A DNA stretch of 17,968 nt. Source: Vicinamibacterales bacterium (GTDB taxonomy: Bacteria > Acidobacteriota > Vicinamibacteria > Vicinamibacterales > CAVVIG01). The DNA lies in NCBI GenBank assembly GCA_035315685.1, contig DATFXR010000157.1:1-17968 (forward strand), read 5' to 3'. Positions 1-7,574 of this stretch are shown here, piece after piece (within the stretch, counting starts at the first letter, position 1; every line of letters begins with the position of its first letter). Under the pieces are notes generated by a model. It ran no database searches, was not told where the DNA came from, and worked only from the letters and a program-made list of their open reading frames with translations. The position numbers and the translations under genes were made by a program.

Positions 1-1552
1 CTCGACCTCGCTGCATGTCGATCAGGACTTCACGGCCGATCGCGAGGCGCTCGGCGCGGCGGTCGACGCGTACGGCGGCGCGAGCGGCCAGGGCTTCGAG
101 GCGGGCCTGACGCCAGACGACGACACGCCCGATACCGGCAACGCGTTCGTCGCCGACGAGACCGAATTCAACATCTTCAACACCGATCGCCGGCTCGACG
201 CCCTCCAGACGCTGGCCGACCAGCTTGCCGGGATCGAGCAGAAGAAATCGGTGATCTACTTCAGCAGCGGCATGAGCCAGCAGGGCACCGACAACCAGGT
301 GCAGCTGCGGCGGACCGTCGATCGAGCAAAACGCGCCAACGTCTCACTCTATGCAGCCGACATGCGGGGACTGCAGGCGTTGGTGCCTGGCGGCGACGCG
401 ACCGCGGCCAGCCTGCGCGGCACCGCTGCCTTCTCGGGCGCGTCGACGCGCAACCAGTCGGACCGCCGCGCCGGCTCGCAGGACACGCTGACGACGATGG
501 CGGAGGACACCGGCGGCCGGGCGTTCTTCGACTCCAACGGCTTCGGCGCGGTGTTCGATCGGGTGGTGAACGACACGTCGGCGTACTACGTGCTCGGTTA
601 CTCGAGCACGAACAGCGCGCGCGACGGCCGCTTCCGCCGCATCAAAGTGAAGCTGAAGCGGACCGATCTCAAGGTCGAGTATCGATCAGGGTACTACGCG
701 GCGCGCGACTTCGCGCACTCGACGAAAGAAGACCGTGAACAGCAGCTGCAGGATCAGCTGCTGTCGGACCTGTCGGCGACCGATCTGAGCGCCTACGTGT
801 CGAGTGCGTACTTCCGTGTCGCCGACAACCGCTACTTCGTGCCGCTGTCGCTCATTGTCCCCGGTAACCAGATCCCGATTACCAGGGCGACCGACAGGAA
901 CAAGGCGACGCTCGACGTGCTCGGGATTGTCCGCGACATGCACCAGCGGCCGGTGGGGCGCGTCCGCGACACGCTCAGGCTCTCGCCCGACGGTGCCGAC
1001 GATCTGCAGAGAAAGACCGTCCAGTACGAGAGCGGATTCGAGATGCCGTCCGGCAAGTACCACGTGAAGATGGTCGTGCGCGAGAACGAGGACGGCGCGT
1101 TCGGGTCGTACGAAACCGACTTCGTCGTTCCCGACGTCAAGCGTGACGCGATCAAGCTCAGCTCGGTCATCGTCGGCACGCAGCTTCAGGCTGTGTCGCG
1201 CAAGAACGAACCGAACCCGCTGATCAAAGACGGCCGTGAGCTGGTGCCGAACGTGACGCGGGTGGTCTCCTCGAATCAGCATCTGTATTTCTATTACGAG
1301 GTCTACGAGCCGTCGCAGCCGGTGAAGCTGTTGACGAGCATCGCGTTCTTCCGCGGCCGTCAGCGGGCGTTCGAGACGCCACTCGTGGAGCAGACGGAGC
1401 TCGCCGGGACGAATCGTAAGGCCGCGGTCTTTCAATTCGACGTGCCGGCGGCGTCTCTCCGCCCCGGCCTCTACACCTGTCAGATCAATGTCGTCGACGA
1501 TTCCGCCGGCACCTTCGCGTTTCCGAGGCTGCAGCTGTACATCCGGCGCTGA
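1..1552 (+). CDS. VWA domain-containing protein (VWFA-related Acidobacterial-type C-terminal region); 5' end lies outside the window
   Basis: Frame 2 is open from base 2 of the window to TGA 1550-1552; the listed ORF 251..1552 is only the part after the first in-window Met. The translation (...ADQLAGIEQKKSVIYFSSGMSQQGTDNQVQLRRTVDRAKRANVSLYAADMRG...) resembles the distal part of a von Willebrand A fold followed by a long C-terminal extension, as in the Acidobacteria-specific VWFA-related family. The family assignment is from recalled motifs, not from a search. Confidence 0.6.
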   Translation, partial: STSLHVDQDFTADREALGAAVDAYGGASGQGFEAGLTPDDDTPDTGNAFVADETEFNIFNTDRRLDALQTLADQLAGIEQKKSVIYFSSGMSQQGTDNQVQLRRTVDRAKRANVSLYAADMRGLQALVPGGDATAASLRGTAAFSGASTRNQSDRRAGSQDTLTTMAEDTGGRAFFDSNGFGAVFDRVVNDTSAYYVLGYSSTNSARDGRFRRIKVKLKRTDLKVEYRSGYYAARDFAHSTKEDREQQLQDQLLSDLSATDLSAYVSSAYFRVADNRYFVPLSLIVPGNQIPITRATDRNKATLDVLGIVRDMHQRPVGRVRDTLRLSPDGADDLQRKTVQYESGFEMPSGKYHVKMVVRENEDGAFGSYETDFVVPDVKRDAIKLSSVIVGTQLQAVSRKNEPNPLIKDGRELVPNVTRVVSSNQHLYFYYEVYEPSQPVKLLTSIAFFRGRQRAFETPLVEQTELAGTNRKAAVFQFDVPAASLRPGLYTCQINVVDDSAGTFAFPRLQLYIRR

Positions 1553-1593
1553 CGCGATTCCCGTTGCAGATCAGCCTCAACCGCGGAGCACTC

Positions 1594-1620
1594 AGAAAAC
1601 GCAAAGCGACGTTTCTCTGC
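1594..1620 (+). terminator. weak candidate intrinsic terminator after the VWA gene (AGAAAACG-CAAAGCGA-CGTTTCTCT)
   Basis: A ~5-bp stem with an 8-nt loop, followed by the T-rich TTTCTCT, ~45 nt after stop 1552. The stem is weak. Confidence 0.2.
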
Positions 1621-1697
1621 GGATTCAGCGGCGGTTGACCGTACCTTCACGACAACGCAATAGCGCTGCGCGTCCGACGTCACGTCACGTGGTCCCA

Positions 1698-1724
1698 GCG
1701 TAGCGCGAAGCTTCAGCCGAGCGA
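1698..1724 (+). repeat. 27-nt intergenic motif GCGTAGCGCGAAGCTTCAGCCGAGCGA (copy 1 of 2)
   Basis: Near-identical (one indel, one substitution) to 7575-7602. It lies 15 nt upstream of the acetamidase ATG. Confidence 0.6.
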
Positions 1725-1738
1725 TCCGTTGTGATAGC

Positions 1739-2770
1739 GTGTCGCACGTCATGAGCAGACACGCTGCGGTGTTCACCGTGCTCGCGACGGCGTCGTTCGC
1801 CGTCGGGGCGCAATCGCCGAGGACCCACCGCCTCGAAGCGACGCCGTCCACGGTCGCGTACGGCTACTACTGGTCCGAGGCGAAGCCGGCGCTGCGGATC
1901 GCGTCCGGCGACATCATCGACGTGGACACGCTGCTGACGAACAGCCCGATGGGTCTCGCGCGCGCCGGCGTGCCCGACGCGAAGATTCAGAGCTCGCTCA
2001 AGGCGATCGTCACCGAAGTCACCGGCGACCGCCGCGGGCCTGGCGGCCATATCCTCACCGGGCCGGTGTATGTCGAGGGCGCGCAGCCCGGCGACGCGCT
2101 GGAAGTGAAGATCCTCTCGATCGACTTCCCGCTCGACTACGGCTACAACGGCTGCGCCGGCATTCTGCCGGAGAACTGCGATCGCTCCGTGCCGGCGCGG
2201 ATCATTCCGATCGACGCGAAGACGATGACGGCGGAGTTCGCACCCGGCATCGTGATCCCGCTGCATCCGTTCTTCGGCAGCATGGGCGTCGCGCCTGCGC
2301 CGGAGCTCGGGCGCGTGAGCAGCAATCCGCCGGGCAAGCACGCCGGCAATCTCGACAACCGCGAGCTGGGCGTCGGATCGACACTCTATATTCCCGTGTT
2401 CGTGGCTGGCGCGCTCTTCGAGGTCGGCGACGGCCACGGCGCCCAGGGCGACGGCGAAGTGGATCAGACTGCGGTCGAAACGTCGCTGCGCGGACGCATC
2501 CAGCTCATCGTGCGCAAAGGCATGCCGCTGACGTGGCCGCGGGCGGAGACGGCGACCGACTACCTCAGCATGGCCACCGATCCGGATCTCATGGTCGCCA
2601 CCAAAGGCGCGATCCAGGAGATGGTCGACTTCGTTGCGGCATCGAGAAAGATGACGAAACACCAGGCCTACCAGCTGGTGAGCATCGCCGGCAATGTCGC
2701 GGTGACGCAGCTCGTCGACCGGCCGAATCACGGCGTCCACGTGCGCCTGCCGAAGAGCATCTTCCATTGA
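1739..2770 (+). CDS. acetamidase/formamidase (FmdA_AmdA) family protein with an N-terminal signal-peptide-like segment
   Basis: 343-aa ORF. Its motifs are typical of the FmdA/AmdA family: GPVYVEGAQPGDALEVKILSIDF, DYGYNGCAGILPEN, GNLDNRELGVGSTLYIPVFV and GDGHGAQGDGEV. The N-terminus MSHVMSRHAAVFTVLATASFAVGAQSP looks like a Sec signal; the start could be ATG 1739 or ATG 1751. A 14-nt gap to the next gene suggests an operon. Confidence 0.8.
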   Translation: MSHVMSRHAAVFTVLATASFAVGAQSPRTHRLEATPSTVAYGYYWSEAKPALRIASGDIIDVDTLLTNSPMGLARAGVPDAKIQSSLKAIVTEVTGDRRGPGGHILTGPVYVEGAQPGDALEVKILSIDFPLDYGYNGCAGILPENCDRSVPARIIPIDAKTMTAEFAPGIVIPLHPFFGSMGVAPAPELGRVSSNPPGKHAGNLDNRELGVGSTLYIPVFVAGALFEVGDGHGAQGDGEVDQTAVETSLRGRIQLIVRKGMPLTWPRAETATDYLSMATDPDLMVATKGAIQEMVDFVAASRKMTKHQAYQLVSIAGNVAVTQLVDRPNHGVHVRLPKSIFH

Positions 2771-2784
2771 GCAGAGGAGACGTC

Positions 2785-3225
2785 ATGAGGCAGATGGTGC
2801 AGCTCGCGGTTGTGGTGCTGCCGATCCTCGGCACGGCGTCGTTCGCGGCACCGGCCGCGACGGACGCCGAGATTCGCGCGATCGAGAAGCAGTGGAACGA
2901 GGCGCGCGTGAAAGCCGATATCGCGACGCTCGATCGCCTGCTCGATCGCGACTGGACCGTGACCCACGGCGACGGCACGATCGACACCAAGGCGGAGTAC
3001 CTCGGCGATTTGCGGTCCGGCGCGCGGAAGTTCTTCGCGGACGTCACCGAGGATCACGTCGACGTGCGCGTCTACGGAGACACCGCCGTCGCGTCCGGCA
3101 CGAGCGATTCGAAAGTGGAATACAAGGGCAGGCCGTCCGGTGGTCCGCTCCGCTTCACGCGCGTTTACATCAAGCGCGACGGCCGCTGGCTGATGATCGT
3201 CACGCACGCCACGCGCAGGAATTAA
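2785..3225 (+). CDS. DUF4440 / SnoaL-like (NTF2-fold) domain protein, predicted secreted
   Basis: ATG 2785 is preceded by GAGGAG (2774-2779). The listed ORF 2533..3225 is an upstream extension with no RBS and Arg-rich junk. The translation MRQMVQLAVVVLPILGTASFAAPAATDAEIRAIEKQWNEARVKADIATLDRLL...VYIKRDGRWLMIVTHAT fits the DUF4440/NTF2-like pattern (IxAIEKQW...D..ALD.L..DDW....DG....K.EYL). The stop TAA 3223-3225 is contributed by the first heptamer of the downstream repeat element. Confidence 0.7.
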   Translation: MRQMVQLAVVVLPILGTASFAAPAATDAEIRAIEKQWNEARVKADIATLDRLLDRDWTVTHGDGTIDTKAEYLGDLRSGARKFFADVTEDHVDVRVYGDTAVASGTSDSKVEYKGRPSGGPLRFTRVYIKRDGRWLMIVTHATRRN

Positions 3226-3328
3226 GAATTGAGAATTAAGAATTGAGAATTCGTGCCACGCTGGCAAGAGGCGAAATGTTGCGGTCGTGATCACGAATTC
3301 TTAATTCCAAATTCATAATTCTTAATTG
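3220..3328. repeat. AT-rich palindromic element built of 7-bp units (AATTAAG/AATTGAG ... AATTCTT/AATTCCA), family 1 copy 1
   Basis: Left arm 3220-3255: AATTAAG AATTGAG AATTAAG AATTGAG AATTCGTG. Right arm 3292-3328: CACGAATTC TTAATTCC AAATTCA TAATTCT TAATTGC. The arms are about 85% reverse-complementary, with a perfect 9-bp GAATTCGTG/CACGAATTC base, around a 36-nt GC-rich spacer. Composition is under 25% GC in a ~68% GC background. It overlaps the last codon and stop of the upstream CDS. Confidence 0.85.
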
Positions 3329-3494
3329 CAGGGTTCGGCCGTGACGCCGTCCAGCGGGCGAACCACTCCCTGGTCGGCGATCGCGTGCAGAAAACGTCGC
3401 ACCGTGATGCAAGGATTGTGCGTCCAAACGTGGAGCCGACGCTATACTGGCGCCGCGAAACGCTCGTGTTTACCGCTGTTTCAAGGAGGTTCTC

Positions 3495-4289
3495 GTGCCC
3501 GACGTGAACTCGCACCCGCCCGGAACGTTTTCGTGGCCTGAGCTGGCGACGACCGATCAGAAAGCCGGCGTTGCGTACTACCGCGGGCTGTTCGGCTGGG
3601 ATGTCAAAGAGGAGCCGATGGGTCCGACCGAGGTCTACTCGATGTTCCAGATGCGCGGCCGCCCGGTCGCCGCGGCGTACACGATGCGGCCGGAAGAGAA
3701 ACAGGCCGGCGCCCCGCCTCACTGGAACTCGTACGTCACCGTCAACAACGTCGACGAAGTCGTGACCAAGGCGCAGGCGATCGGCGCGCGCGTGTTCGCG
3801 CCGCCGTTCGACGTGATGGACGCCGGACGGATGGCCGTCCTGCAGGATCCCACCGGCGCGGTGTTTCAAGTGTGGCAGGCGAAGAACCACGTCGGGGCGA
3901 TGATCCTCAACGAGCCCGGTGCGCTCTGCTGGACCGAATTGACGACCAGCGATCTGCGGGCGGCGGAAGGGTTCTACACGCAGCTGTTCCACTGGACCGC
4001 GAAGCGCAGCGATCCCGCGTCGGGCATGGAGTACACCGAGATGAGCAACAACGGGCAGCCGGGCGTCGGCATGATGCCCAAGCCGCCGAACATGCCGGCG
4101 CACATCCCGTCGTTCTGGATGCCGTACTTCATGGTCGCCAACGTCGACGCGAGCACCGACAAGGCGAAGCAGCTGGGCGGGAAGGCGATGGTTGGACCGC
4201 AGGACATCTCGAACGTCGGCCGCTTCTCGGTCGTCAGCGACCCGCAGGGCGCCGTCTTCGCGCTGTTCCAGCCCGCTCCGCGGCAGTAG
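3495..4289 (+). CDS. VOC-family protein with two tandem glyoxalase/bleomycin-resistance-like domains
   Basis: GTG 3495 is preceded by AAGGAGG (3483-3489). The 264-aa product has two repeated halves ([10 protein letters not shown]...GLFGW...PMGP..YSMF / [10 protein letters not shown]...QLFHW....G.EYTEM) characteristic of duplicated VOC/glyoxalase-fold modules. Confidence 0.75.
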   Translation: MPDVNSHPPGTFSWPELATTDQKAGVAYYRGLFGWDVKEEPMGPTEVYSMFQMRGRPVAAAYTMRPEEKQAGAPPHWNSYVTVNNVDEVVTKAQAIGARVFAPPFDVMDAGRMAVLQDPTGAVFQVWQAKNHVGAMILNEPGALCWTELTTSDLRAAEGFYTQLFHWTAKRSDPASGMEYTEMSNNGQPGVGMMPKPPNMPAHIPSFWMPYFMVANVDASTDKAKQLGGKAMVGPQDISNVGRFSVVSDPQGAVFALFQPAPRQ

Positions 4290-4311
4290 CAGACCGCTGC
4301 CACATCATGTC

Positions 4312-4365
4312 GTAGTGTCCGGCTTCACCCGGACCTCAGCGAGGTCCGCGGAAGGCGGACACTAC
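4312..4365 (+). terminator. GC-rich stem-loop 23 nt after the VOC gene stop; outer 10-bp stem GTAGTGTCCG/CGGACACTAC enclosing inner hairpins GTCCGG-CTTCAC-CCGGAC and GGACC-TCAGCGA-GGTCC
   Basis: A perfect 10-bp inverted repeat at 4312-4321 / 4356-4365 with nested hairpins. There is no U-tract. The first 23 nt (GTAGTGTCCGGCTTCACCCGGAC) recur at 12871-12893. It could be a terminator or a conserved structured RNA upstream of msrA (start 4408). Confidence 0.35.
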
Positions 4366-4407
4366 GCGCGTGTGATTTCCTGTTTAATAAGAGGCGGGGT
4401 ACGCACG

Positions 4408-5058
4408 ATGTTCACGAAGAAACGGCTGACGATCCCGTCAGCCGCCGAGGCACTACCCGGACGCGCCGAGCGGATGACGGTTCCGGACGCGCATTTCGTC
4501 AACCACCATCGTCTGGCGCCGCCGTTTCCCGATGGTCTGCAGCGGGCGCTGTTCGGTATGGGCTGCTTCTGGGGCGCTGAGCGGAAGTTCTGGCAGCTTC
4601 GCGGTGTCTACAGCACCGCGGTGGGGTACGCGGGGGGCCACACGCCCAACGCGACCTATCGCGAGGTCTGCACGGGTATGACCGGGCACAACGAAGTCGT
4701 GCTCGTGGTCTTCGATCCGAAGGTTGTCAGCTACGAGCAGCTGCTGAAGACGTTCTGGGAGAATCACGACCCGACGCAGGGCATGCGGCAGGGCAACGAC
4801 ATCGGCACGCAGTATCGATCCGGCATCTACTATTTCGACGGGGCGCAGCAGCGTGCCGCGGAGCAGTCGCGCGACGCGTTCCAGAAGCAGTTGACAGCCG
4901 CCGGCTATGGAACGATCACGACCGAGATCCTGCCGGCACCAGAGTTCTATTACGCCGAGGATTACCACCAGCAGTACCTCGCCAAGGATCCCGACGGCTA
5001 CTGCGGACTCGGCGGTACAGGCGTCAGCTGTCCAATCGGCGTGGGTGTGACTGCCTGA
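4408..5058 (+). CDS. msrA: peptide-methionine (S)-S-oxide reductase MsrA
   Basis: ATG 4408 follows GAGGCGGGG. The translation has the GCFWG active-site motif and near-colinear similarity to E. coli MsrA along its length (SAAEALPGR...[45 protein letters not shown]...[30 protein letters not shown]...[19 protein letters not shown]). The listed ORF 4192..5058 is an unsupported upstream extension. Confidence 0.93.
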   Translation: MFTKKRLTIPSAAEALPGRAERMTVPDAHFVNHHRLAPPFPDGLQRALFGMGCFWGAERKFWQLRGVYSTAVGYAGGHTPNATYREVCTGMTGHNEVVLVVFDPKVVSYEQLLKTFWENHDPTQGMRQGNDIGTQYRSGIYYFDGAQQRAAEQSRDAFQKQLTAAGYGTITTEILPAPEFYYAEDYHQQYLAKDPDGYCGLGGTGVSCPIGVGVTA

Positions 5059-5082
5059 TCGGCGGTGCCGCCGCTGCGCGCT

Positions 5083-5197
5083 GCAATTAAGAATTAAAGA
5101 AGTAAGAATTAAGAATTCCTGATCAGGCTGTCGCACTGCCTGGCAGCGGAACAGCGTGACGCGCATTCTTAATTCTTAATTTGTAATTCTTAATTGC
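5083..5197. repeat. AT-rich palindromic 7-bp-unit element, family 1 copy 2 (GCAATTAAGAATT...AATTCTTAATTGC termini)
   Basis: Left arm 5083-5121: GC AATTAAG AATTAAA GAAGTAA GAATTAA GAATTCCTG. Right arm 5161-5197: GCGC ATTCTTA ATTCTTA ATTTGTA ATTCTTA ATTGC. The arms are reverse-complementary apart from a 1-nt indel and a few mismatches, around a 39-nt GC-rich spacer containing CTGCC-T-GGCAG. The terminal 13 nt match copy 1. It lies 25 nt after the msrA stop and ends 3 nt before the hrpB ATG. Confidence 0.85.
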
Positions 5198-5200
5198 CCG

Positions 5201-7570
5201 ATGCCGGTCCAAGCACTTCCAATCGACGGGTACATCGAACCAATCATCGCAGCAGTCCGCCGCTCGCGTGCGGTCGTAGTCACCGCCGCGCCGGGGGCTG
5301 GAAAAACCACGCGCGTTCCGCCGGCGCTGCTCGTTGACGGTCCGGTGATCCTCCTGCAGCCGCGGCGCGTCGCGGCGCGCGCGATCGCGGCGCGGGTTGC
5401 CGCTGAACGCGGCTGGACTCTCGGCCGCGAGGTCGGTTGGCAGGTGCGCTTCGAGCGCCGCTTCTCGGCCGAGACCGCGCTGCTCGTCGTCACCGAGGGG
5501 GTACTCACAGCGCGGCTGCAACACGATCCGCTGCTGTCGAAGTTCCGCACGGTCGTGCTCGACGAGTTTCACGAGCGAAGCGTGCACGCCGACGTGGCCC
5601 TTGCCCTCGCCCGTCAGGCCTGGCGCGCCCGTTCGACCGCTGCCGCTTCGTCCTCGGCGACGTCGACCGACGAGGACCTGCGCATCGTCGTCATGTCGGC
5701 GACGCTCGACGCGGATGCGGTGGCGTCGTTCCTCGGCGACTGCCCGATCGTCGCCGTGCCGGGCCGCACCTATCCTCTCGACGTCACCTACACGCCCGGT
5801 GTGCCGATCGGTGAAGCCGCCTCGAGTGCGCTGGCGGCGACGGGCGGGCAGGTGCTCTGCTTTCTCCCGGGCGCCGGGGAGATTCGCCGCGCGGCCGCCG
5901 ACATCGAGCCGCGCGTCGGAGCGGACGTCGAAGTAGTGCCGCTCCATGGATCGCTGGACGCCGACGCACAGGGCCTGGCGCTCCGTCCGTCATCTCGCCG
6001 CCGGATCGTCGTCGCCACGAACATCGCGGAAACGTCGCTGACGGTTCCGGGCGTCACCGCCGTCGTCGATACTGGTCTGCAGAAGATTGCGCGGTACGAC
6101 GCCGACCGCGGCATCGACAGTCTCGAGACCGAGCGTGTCACTGCAGATGCTGCCGATCAGCGCGCCGGCCGTGCCGGCCGCCTCGCACCCGGCATCGTGC
6201 GGCGGCTCTGGGATCGGCGCGATCGATTGCGGCCGCATCGCGAGCCGGACATCCGGCGAATCGATCTGGCCGGCACGGTGCTCGATGTGATTGCCTGGGG
6301 CGGCGATCCACGGACGCTCGACTGGTTCGAAGCGCCGCCGGCCGATGCGATCGCCGCTGCGCTGACGCTGCTCGGGCGGCTCGGTGTGATCGACGGACGC
6401 GGCCGGCTGACCGCGTTGGGCGAGCAGGTGCGGCGGATCCCGCTGCATCCACGACTCGCGTGCATGCTCGCCGCCGCCGGCGGCGGACCTCAGATGGCGC
6501 GGGCCTGTGCGCTTCTCTCCGAACGCCATCTGTTGCCGCCGCGCAGCGCATCTACCACATCCGATCTCCTGTCGGCGCTGGATCACTGGTCCGGGATGCC
6601 GCCGCATGTCCACCACGCGGCGGCGAGTATCCAGTCCGCGTTTCGGTCAGCCATCAGCCCTCAGCCCTCAGCCATTGACCGCGGCGAGGCGGTATTCCGC
6701 CGGGCCGTCCTGTCCGGATATCCCGACCGGGTCGCACAGCGACGCGCGCCGGGATCGCCGGAAGTGCTGCTCGCCTCCGGCACGGGCGCCACAATCGCCC
6801 GCGACAGCGGCGTCCATGACGGCGAGTTTCTCGTCGCGGTCGACGTCGCGCGACGGGCGGCGCCCGCCACGGCTCTGGTCCGCATCGCGAGCCGCGTCGA
6901 GCGCGAATGGCTCGCGCCGACCGCATCAGAGACCGTGCACCGTTTCGACGGATCGAGCGGCCGCGTGAGGGCGTTCGCCATCGAGCGCTATCTGGCGCTG
7001 GTTCTCGGCGAGCAGCCCGTCGCCGCCGACGTCGACGTTGCCGCACGGATGCTCGCTGACGCCTGGCTGGCGCGCGGACCTCGCGGCGCCGATGCGCAGT
7101 TGCTGCGCCGCCTGCGCTTCGCCGGACACGAGGCGGACGTTGCAGAATTGATCCGCACTGCCGCGTACGGTGCGCGATCGCTCGATGCGGTCACGCCTGG
7201 CGCTGCGCTCACGCCAGCCGTCCTGCGCGATCTCGACCGCGACGCGCCGGAGATGCTCGCGGTGCCCAGCGGCCGCAGCGCACGCCTCGAGTACAACGAG
7301 GATGGGACGGTGTCGGCGTCGGTGAAGCTCCAGGAACTGTTCGGTCTCGCCGACTCACCGCGAATCGGGCGCCGCCGCGAGCCTGTTGTCCTCGCACTGC
7401 TCGCGCCGAACGGCCGTCCCGTCCAGATCACGCGCGACCTGCGCAGCTTCTGGAACAACACGTATCCGGAAGTACGAAAGGAGCTGCGCGGCCGCTACCC
7501 GAAGCACCCGTGGCCCGAGGATCCGTGGAGCGCACAGCCGACGCATCGGACTGTGCGCCGGAAGCATTGA
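5201..7570 (+). CDS. hrpB: ATP-dependent RNA helicase HrpB (DEAH-box family)
   Basis: 789 aa. Walker A APGAGKTT, DEFHERS (DEAH-box variant), SATLD, FLPGAGEI, TNIAETSLTV.GV..VVD.G and QRAGRAGR are all present, followed by an HrpB-type C-terminal domain (...RYPKHPWPEDPW). The N-terminus is colinear with E. coli HrpB. Confidence 0.92.
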   Translation: MPVQALPIDGYIEPIIAAVRRSRAVVVTAAPGAGKTTRVPPALLVDGPVILLQPRRVAARAIAARVAAERGWTLGREVGWQVRFERRFSAETALLVVTEGVLTARLQHDPLLSKFRTVVLDEFHERSVHADVALALARQAWRARSTAAASSSATSTDEDLRIVVMSATLDADAVASFLGDCPIVAVPGRTYPLDVTYTPGVPIGEAASSALAATGGQVLCFLPGAGEIRRAAADIEPRVGADVEVVPLHGSLDADAQGLALRPSSRRRIVVATNIAETSLTVPGVTAVVDTGLQKIARYDADRGIDSLETERVTADAADQRAGRAGRLAPGIVRRLWDRRDRLRPHREPDIRRIDLAGTVLDVIAWGGDPRTLDWFEAPPADAIAAALTLLGRLGVIDGRGRLTALGEQVRRIPLHPRLACMLAAAGGGPQMARACALLSERHLLPPRSASTTSDLLSALDHWSGMPPHVHHAAASIQSAFRSAISPQPSAIDRGEAVFRRAVLSGYPDRVAQRRAPGSPEVLLASGTGATIARDSGVHDGEFLVAVDVARRAAPATALVRIASRVEREWLAPTASETVHRFDGSSGRVRAFAIERYLALVLGEQPVAADVDVAARMLADAWLARGPRGADAQLLRRLRFAGHEADVAELIRTAAYGARSLDAVTPGAALTPAVLRDLDRDAPEMLAVPSGRSARLEYNEDGTVSASVKLQELFGLADSPRIGRRREPVVLALLAPNGRPVQITRDLRSFWNNTYPEVRKELRGRYPKHPWPEDPWSAQPTHRTVRRKH
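6648..6675 (+). repeat. intragenic run of four tandem heptamers CAGCCAT CAGCCCT CAGCCCT CAGCCAT inside hrpB (encodes SAISPQPSAI)
   Basis: Direct 7-bp tandem repeats read in the sequence. The unit is the reverse complement of the ATGGCTG unit used by the intergenic elements at 11904-11940 and 16280-16380. It lies in the variable linker between the helicase core and the HrpB C-terminal domain, and the frame is preserved. Confidence 0.7.
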
Positions 7571-7574
7571 CTGG

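Noticed and set aside
686-2767. Long minus-strand ORFs 686..1435 and 1685..2767 antisense to the VWA and acetamidase genes
   Set aside because: Arg/Leu/Asp-rich junk with no recognisable domains. The sense frames carry family motifs.
2533-3225. The longer 230-aa version of the DUF4440 ORF, and the longer 288-aa version of msrA (4192..5058)
   Set aside because: The upstream extensions are Arg-rich and lack RBSs. Internal ATGs with good SDs (2785; 4408) coincide with the homology starts (MsrA N-terminus matches E. coli MsrA from residue 1).
3220-3328. Classical MITE with target-site duplication
   Set aside because: I looked for flanking direct repeats at both AATT copies. The flanks are gcgcagg|...|agggttc at copy 1 and gcgcgct|...|ccgatgc at copy 2, which gives no consistent TSD. 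A MITE origin is therefore not supported by the sequence alone, although an AGG/AGG 3-mer at copy 1 cannot be excluded.
3291-4103. 270-aa minus-strand ORF and 3326..3541 + ORF around the VOC gene
   Set aside because: Antisense or intergenic shadow ORFs. The minus ORF runs through the AATT repeat (ending ..AIKNYEFGIKNS), showing it is an artefact of an open frame and not a gene.
3220-5197. CRISPR array hypothesis for the repeated AATT/ATGGCTG units
   Set aside because: The units are 7 bp and tandem with no ~30-bp spacers, the arms are inverted, not direct, and there are no cas genes in the window.
5123-6616. Multiple ORFs (5123..5947 -, 5397..5936 +, 5990..6616 -, others) nested in hrpB
   Set aside because: All are Arg/Pro/Ala-rich shadow frames. 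hrpB has a complete colinear helicase motif set.
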